DNA of 64,000 nucleotides from Trypanosoma brucei (Eukaryota): NCBI GenBank assembly GCA_000002445.1, contig CH464491.1, positions 4,704,001 to 4,768,000 of the forward strand, read 5' to 3'. Shown piece by piece: positions 60,281 to 64,000 of this stretch (position 1 is its first letter; each line of letters starts with the position of its first letter). The notes under the pieces were generated by a model. It saw only the letters and a program-made list of their open reading frames with translations, ran no database searches and was not told where the DNA came from. The position numbers and the translations under genes were made by a program.

Positions 60281-61959
60281 TTTTTGCTGTTTTACTGCTG
60301 AGCGTTATGGCTAATGTTTTTAAATTGGGTTTCGTATTAGAATGTGCTCTCAACTGTCGGTGCGTTTGCCATTAGCATTTTTTGATCGTTTTCGTCTAGC
60401 GCGTCGTTTCTTTCAGTTTTGAACTTAGGGATTGTGTTCTTGGATTGTCCCCAGGATGCGCTATGCATCTGCATGCAATTTCTTTTCCGTGAAGACGTCA
60501 GGAGATATCCATAGTGAGGAAGTGATGCTCTTTTTTTCGACTGATGCCGGTGAATTTATCCCTAAGACGTTGTAAATCTTTTTTCTGAACTGTCTTCGTT
60601 TGCATTGCGGTTTAACGTATGAATAAACGATTATTTGGCATCTATTACTGATTGTTTATATTTTATTAGCATGCATTCTAAAGTTCTGACTTTAGTTATC
60701 CGGTCTGAAAAGGGTATGCTGGACGTTTCATTTGGCTATTGGTGAGACGGGATAAATGATGTTTAGCACAATATTAACGATTGTCTTGTGCCAGCTCTGT
60801 TTAAAAGAGAGCTTCTATTTAGGACTATAAATATTTTTGGGTTGATTCGGATGATTCCTGGCAGGTCTTCGATACCTTCTTTAAAGTTCCTGGTTTACTA
60901 CCGGTGCAGTTCTGACGCCAACATGGGCATCATAAGCTATGGCAGTTTTGACGCTCTTGATTCCTTAAATGCTCTGTATCGTCGGCTTGACTTTGCTTCT
61001 TTTATTTTTTCGCGCTTCTTTATGTCAAGATACAATCTAAATGCGTTTATTTGACCGTTTTTCTTTACTATTATTGCTTACTTTGAATAACAACGGCACA
61101 TAAAGCAGTGAAAAAAGATAAAATACATATTCATAATATCCACTATTTAATGTTTTCTGCTTCCTATTTATAAATACAGTAGCACTCTTCTAATTTATTC
61201 CGCGTCTTACATACAAAATATGTCATTTAGACACACTTTTTCAAAAATTACACTATTGAATATATAATGCAACACACATTTAGCCTATATTTAATATCTT
61301 TTTCAGTTTGGCTGCGTCTATAGGCCCTTTGGGCTAACTGATTTAGACTTTCTCGTGATGAAATAACAACCATGTTGCTAGTGCCTCTTTTTATTCTTGA
61401 TACATTTCTTATCCTACTTCTAGTATTTGTAAATTTGGTCCGACTTTTAGTACGTTGTGTAAGCTTTTATGAAATTATCATTTGGTTTTATACCACTGCT
61501 TCACCGCTCTTGACATTCAACTTAGGAGAAAATCTTTTAGACGCATTACACCATATTTACCTACTACATTCTCTGTGTTAGATTTCTCCTGGTTTATGAT
61601 AGTGCTTCAACCGTAACTAATGATTCTCTGTGTGGATTTCAAGAGCATATTGACGGCGATTCTATTTGATTACTTCTGCTCTTTTCTTTAATTAGCTGTA
61701 TTAGAGCCATTTTATCCGTAAATTATACTCTTTTTCTCTATCATTGTCTTCCTTTCTCACCTCCTTGGGTATGATGCTTCCACAATCATAGCCTTTTATA
61801 CTGCACATGCTACATCTTTTAATTACTTCTCTTTCTGATTTTTATTGAATAATATTCCACTTTCTCACTATTTCACTCTCTTACTTTCACAGCGGCATTG
61901 TCATTTTCAAAAATCACTCGTACTTTGTTTTCTCATGAATATGATTATTACTGCTTCTC

Positions 61960-62035
61960 TTATTATAATATTAAACTGTACACACTCACAACACTTCCTG
62001 TCATAACAATAATAATTATTATTTTTTTTAGTAGA
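61960..62035 (-). repeat. 70-bp repeat (- orientation)
   Basis: TATTATAATATTAAACTGTACACACTCACAACACTTCCTGTCATAACAATAATAATTATTATT. Confidence 0.75.
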
Positions 62036-62286
62036 ATAACCATAAGTTGCTCCTAATATCCATAGTATATAAAAAACAAACTAAATACGAATGCTAATCA
62101 ATATTTATATTTTTTACTCTACTAATTTACACATATGGGCCGCATTCATAAACATTTTGCTAGTATTTAATTTTTTTATTTTTACTAATTTTACATTTTC
62201 AATAAAAAAGTATTGGAGCCATCAAATTATAGAAAATTCTTACACAAAATAACTTTCTATTACTTCGAAAAATGGAGATAAAATCC

Positions 62287-63744
62287 TTAAAACAGCAAGG
62301 CCACAAATGCTGCAGAAACCACGCTGAGGGCCAGTTGTTTGTTTACTAGAATAGAGGAATCTTTGCACTTGTTATCTTCCCATTTGCAACCATCTTTGCA
62401 GTCTTCTTGTTTTTTCTTTTCGGAGCACTTTGAGTCAGTTTTTTGTTCTCCTGCAGCTCCATCTTCTGTTCCTGCTGCTTGTTCTTTTGCTTTTTGGGGG
62501 TCTAATGAGCATTTTTTGCTTGCATCAGTGGCATTTTCGTTCCATTTGCATGGTTCAGTGCATTCGGTTTTTGATTGGTGTTTGTTGCATTCTGGTTCCT
62601 TTTTTTTCGGATGTGCTGTCTGGTCGCCTGCTATTTTTTGAAGCTGAGGCTGGTCTCCTTTGAGCGCCTTGAGATATTCCTGTATCGCAATGCTGCGAAG
62701 ATGCCTTATTTCTGCTAGGGATGCCATGTTTTTAGATCTTTGTTCCGCGTGTTCAGCTAGTTTAGTTGCTGCTGTTTCCAGATGTCTCATCCACGGTATT
62801 GGCACCGTGCCGGTGCTTGTTGCCTTGTACTTTACGCAGCCGGCGTTCGCTACTCCGTTGCAGTTGACGCTGTTTGCCGTCCCGAGTATTAGATTGTTGG
62901 CTTGGGTGCTGCCGCCCTTGTCCTTTAAGCCGGTTATGAACGCTCCTATCGCCGCCTGTATTGCTGCCGCGCTAACTTTGGCCTTCCCGGCTGCCGGGAA
63001 GCCAGCGAGCAGCTGTGGGAAGCAAGTATGGGCTCCGCTTTGGTCATTGTATTGGCAGTCTTGGCCTCCCTGGGTCCCAAGGCACTCTTCGGCTTTGTTG
63101 CTGCCTGAATTTGAACCGAACATACACACTAGGTCCGACGCTAGCGACATGCCCGGCACCGCTGTACCCGACCCGGGTGCTGAGCATGCGTTGACTCCCG
63201 AAGCGCCGAAGGTTTCGCCCGCCTTTTGCGACAGTGCTTCGGTCGGGCCGTAGAGCGCCGTCAGCAGCGCTTCTTCCACCCCCGTTTTCTTTAATGGTTT
63301 GTAATCTTTGCGTCTTTCTAGAGCCATTTCCAGGGTTCTATTTATCACAACTGCCGCTGCCTGCCGGGCGTGGCTGTTGAGCGGCCGGGTGATTTTCAGA
63401 CCGTGTTTTTCCACTTTGTTGTTTTGTAGGTTTTTTTTGGCTGCATGCCAGGCCGCGCGGTGCTTTACCCAATTTGCTTCTGTGATCTTATTATTTGGAT
63501 CCTCCTTAAAGTCCTGGTTGTAGAAGTCGTCGTCTGCTACTGTTATATTTAGTTCTGTGAGCAAAGTTATTTCCTGACTTATAGCTGCGCCTTCGGTGTC
63601 TTCTGGCGTTGTTGGCTCCCCTCTTGCGATGTTTACAACTGCGCACAGGGTATGGTAGGCTGGTACGGCTTCATTGGCAGTTCCGCTGGCTCTGTACGCT
63701 AGTCGGGCAATGATCGCCAGCATTACAACAATGCTTGACGCCAT
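62287..63744 (-). CDS. Intact VSG of 485 aa (A-type N-domain with a canonical C-terminal domain and GPI signal)
   Basis: ORF 62287..63744 (-) starts MASSIVVMLAIIARLAYRASGTANEAVPAYHTLCAVVNIA and ends ...CSEKKKQEDCKDGCKWEDNKCKDSSILVNKQLALSVVSAAFVALLF*. Confidence 0.88.
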   Translation of the reverse strand: MASSIVVMLAIIARLAYRASGTANEAVPAYHTLCAVVNIARGEPTTPEDTEGAAISQEITLLTELNITVADDDFYNQDFKEDPNNKITEANWVKHRAAWHAAKKNLQNNKVEKHGLKITRPLNSHARQAAAVVINRTLEMALERRKDYKPLKKTGVEEALLTALYGPTEALSQKAGETFGASGVNACSAPGSGTAVPGMSLASDLVCMFGSNSGSNKAEECLGTQGGQDCQYNDQSGAHTCFPQLLAGFPAAGKAKVSAAAIQAAIGAFITGLKDKGGSTQANNLILGTANSVNCNGVANAGCVKYKATSTGTVPIPWMRHLETAATKLAEHAEQRSKNMASLAEIRHLRSIAIQEYLKALKGDQPQLQKIAGDQTAHPKKKEPECNKHQSKTECTEPCKWNENATDASKKCSLDPQKAKEQAAGTEDGAAGEQKTDSKCSEKKKQEDCKDGCKWEDNKCKDSSILVNKQLALSVVSAAFVALLF

Positions 63745-64000
63745 TTTTACTGTTTATTGGATGTGTTTTCTTTTTAATGGTGATAAGCTAGTTGATGAGT
63801 TTCAAGGCGTCTTGGGGGGAAACTATAGAGGTTTTACCGACCGGCCACGCTGAGATATGGCGTTACAAATTGTCTCTAAGATTCTTACTGCTGAAGTAAC
63901 TTACTTTGCGCTGTCCGCGGCCGCCGATCTGTCGTTAGCTCGTGTTTATGTATTTGGGTGCTACTTTTTAGTGTATTTATGTATTGGACTCGCTGCTTGT

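Noticed and set aside
1700..62035. Regularly spaced short repeats that could be mistaken for a CRISPR array
   Set aside because: The units are the AT-rich 70-bp repeats of trypanosomes with TAA triplet runs. They occur as 1-3 copies about 3 kb apart, not as repeat-spacer arrays. There are no cas genes and the context is eukaryotic.
1..64000. Prokaryotic operon or defence-island interpretation
   Set aside because: There are no Shine-Dalgarno-spaced collinear genes, no tRNA or integrase, and no defence domains. The coding units have the architecture of eukaryotic trypanosome VSGs, with a non-LTR retrotransposon between them.

Overview
This window is eukaryotic, not prokaryotic. It has the signature of a Trypanosoma brucei-group subtelomeric VSG (variant surface glycoprotein) array. 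Roughly every 3 kb there is a VSG gene or pseudogene of about 1.45 kb. Each encodes an A- or B-type N-terminal domain, a Cys-rich C-terminal domain and a hydrophobic GPI-signal tail. Each has short 70-bp-repeat tracts 1-2 kb upstream, with the diagnostic GTGTTGTGAGTGTGTATATACGAATATTATAATAAGAG core plus a (TAA/TGA)n run, and a 3'UTR 16-mer of the TGATATATTTTAACAC type downstream. From 1 to 30,177 the VSGs are on the + strand and from 37.9 kb to 63.7 kb they are on the - strand. The two arrays therefore converge on a degenerate ingi non-LTR retrotransposon (30,178-35,326, - strand). A second 312-bp ingi 5' fragment sits in a VSG/VSG chimeric junction at 58.5-58.8 kb. Only three VSGs are fully open (12916-14340 +, 49852-51324 -, 62287-63744 -). 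Three more carry a single lesion each and the rest are multiply disrupted or truncated. I found no CRISPR arrays, operons, tRNA/rRNA genes or prokaryotic defence systems. Several shorter VSG-like fragments in the unassigned spacers probably went unnoticed. The unusual items are the ingi-marked strand switch, the VSG-ingi-VSG chimera, a ~0.95-kb repeat family that recurs between 70-bp repeats and VSG starts, and a conserved ~150-bp block just downstream of the 70-bp repeats. All coordinates are from manual reading and are accurate to within about 10-30 nt.
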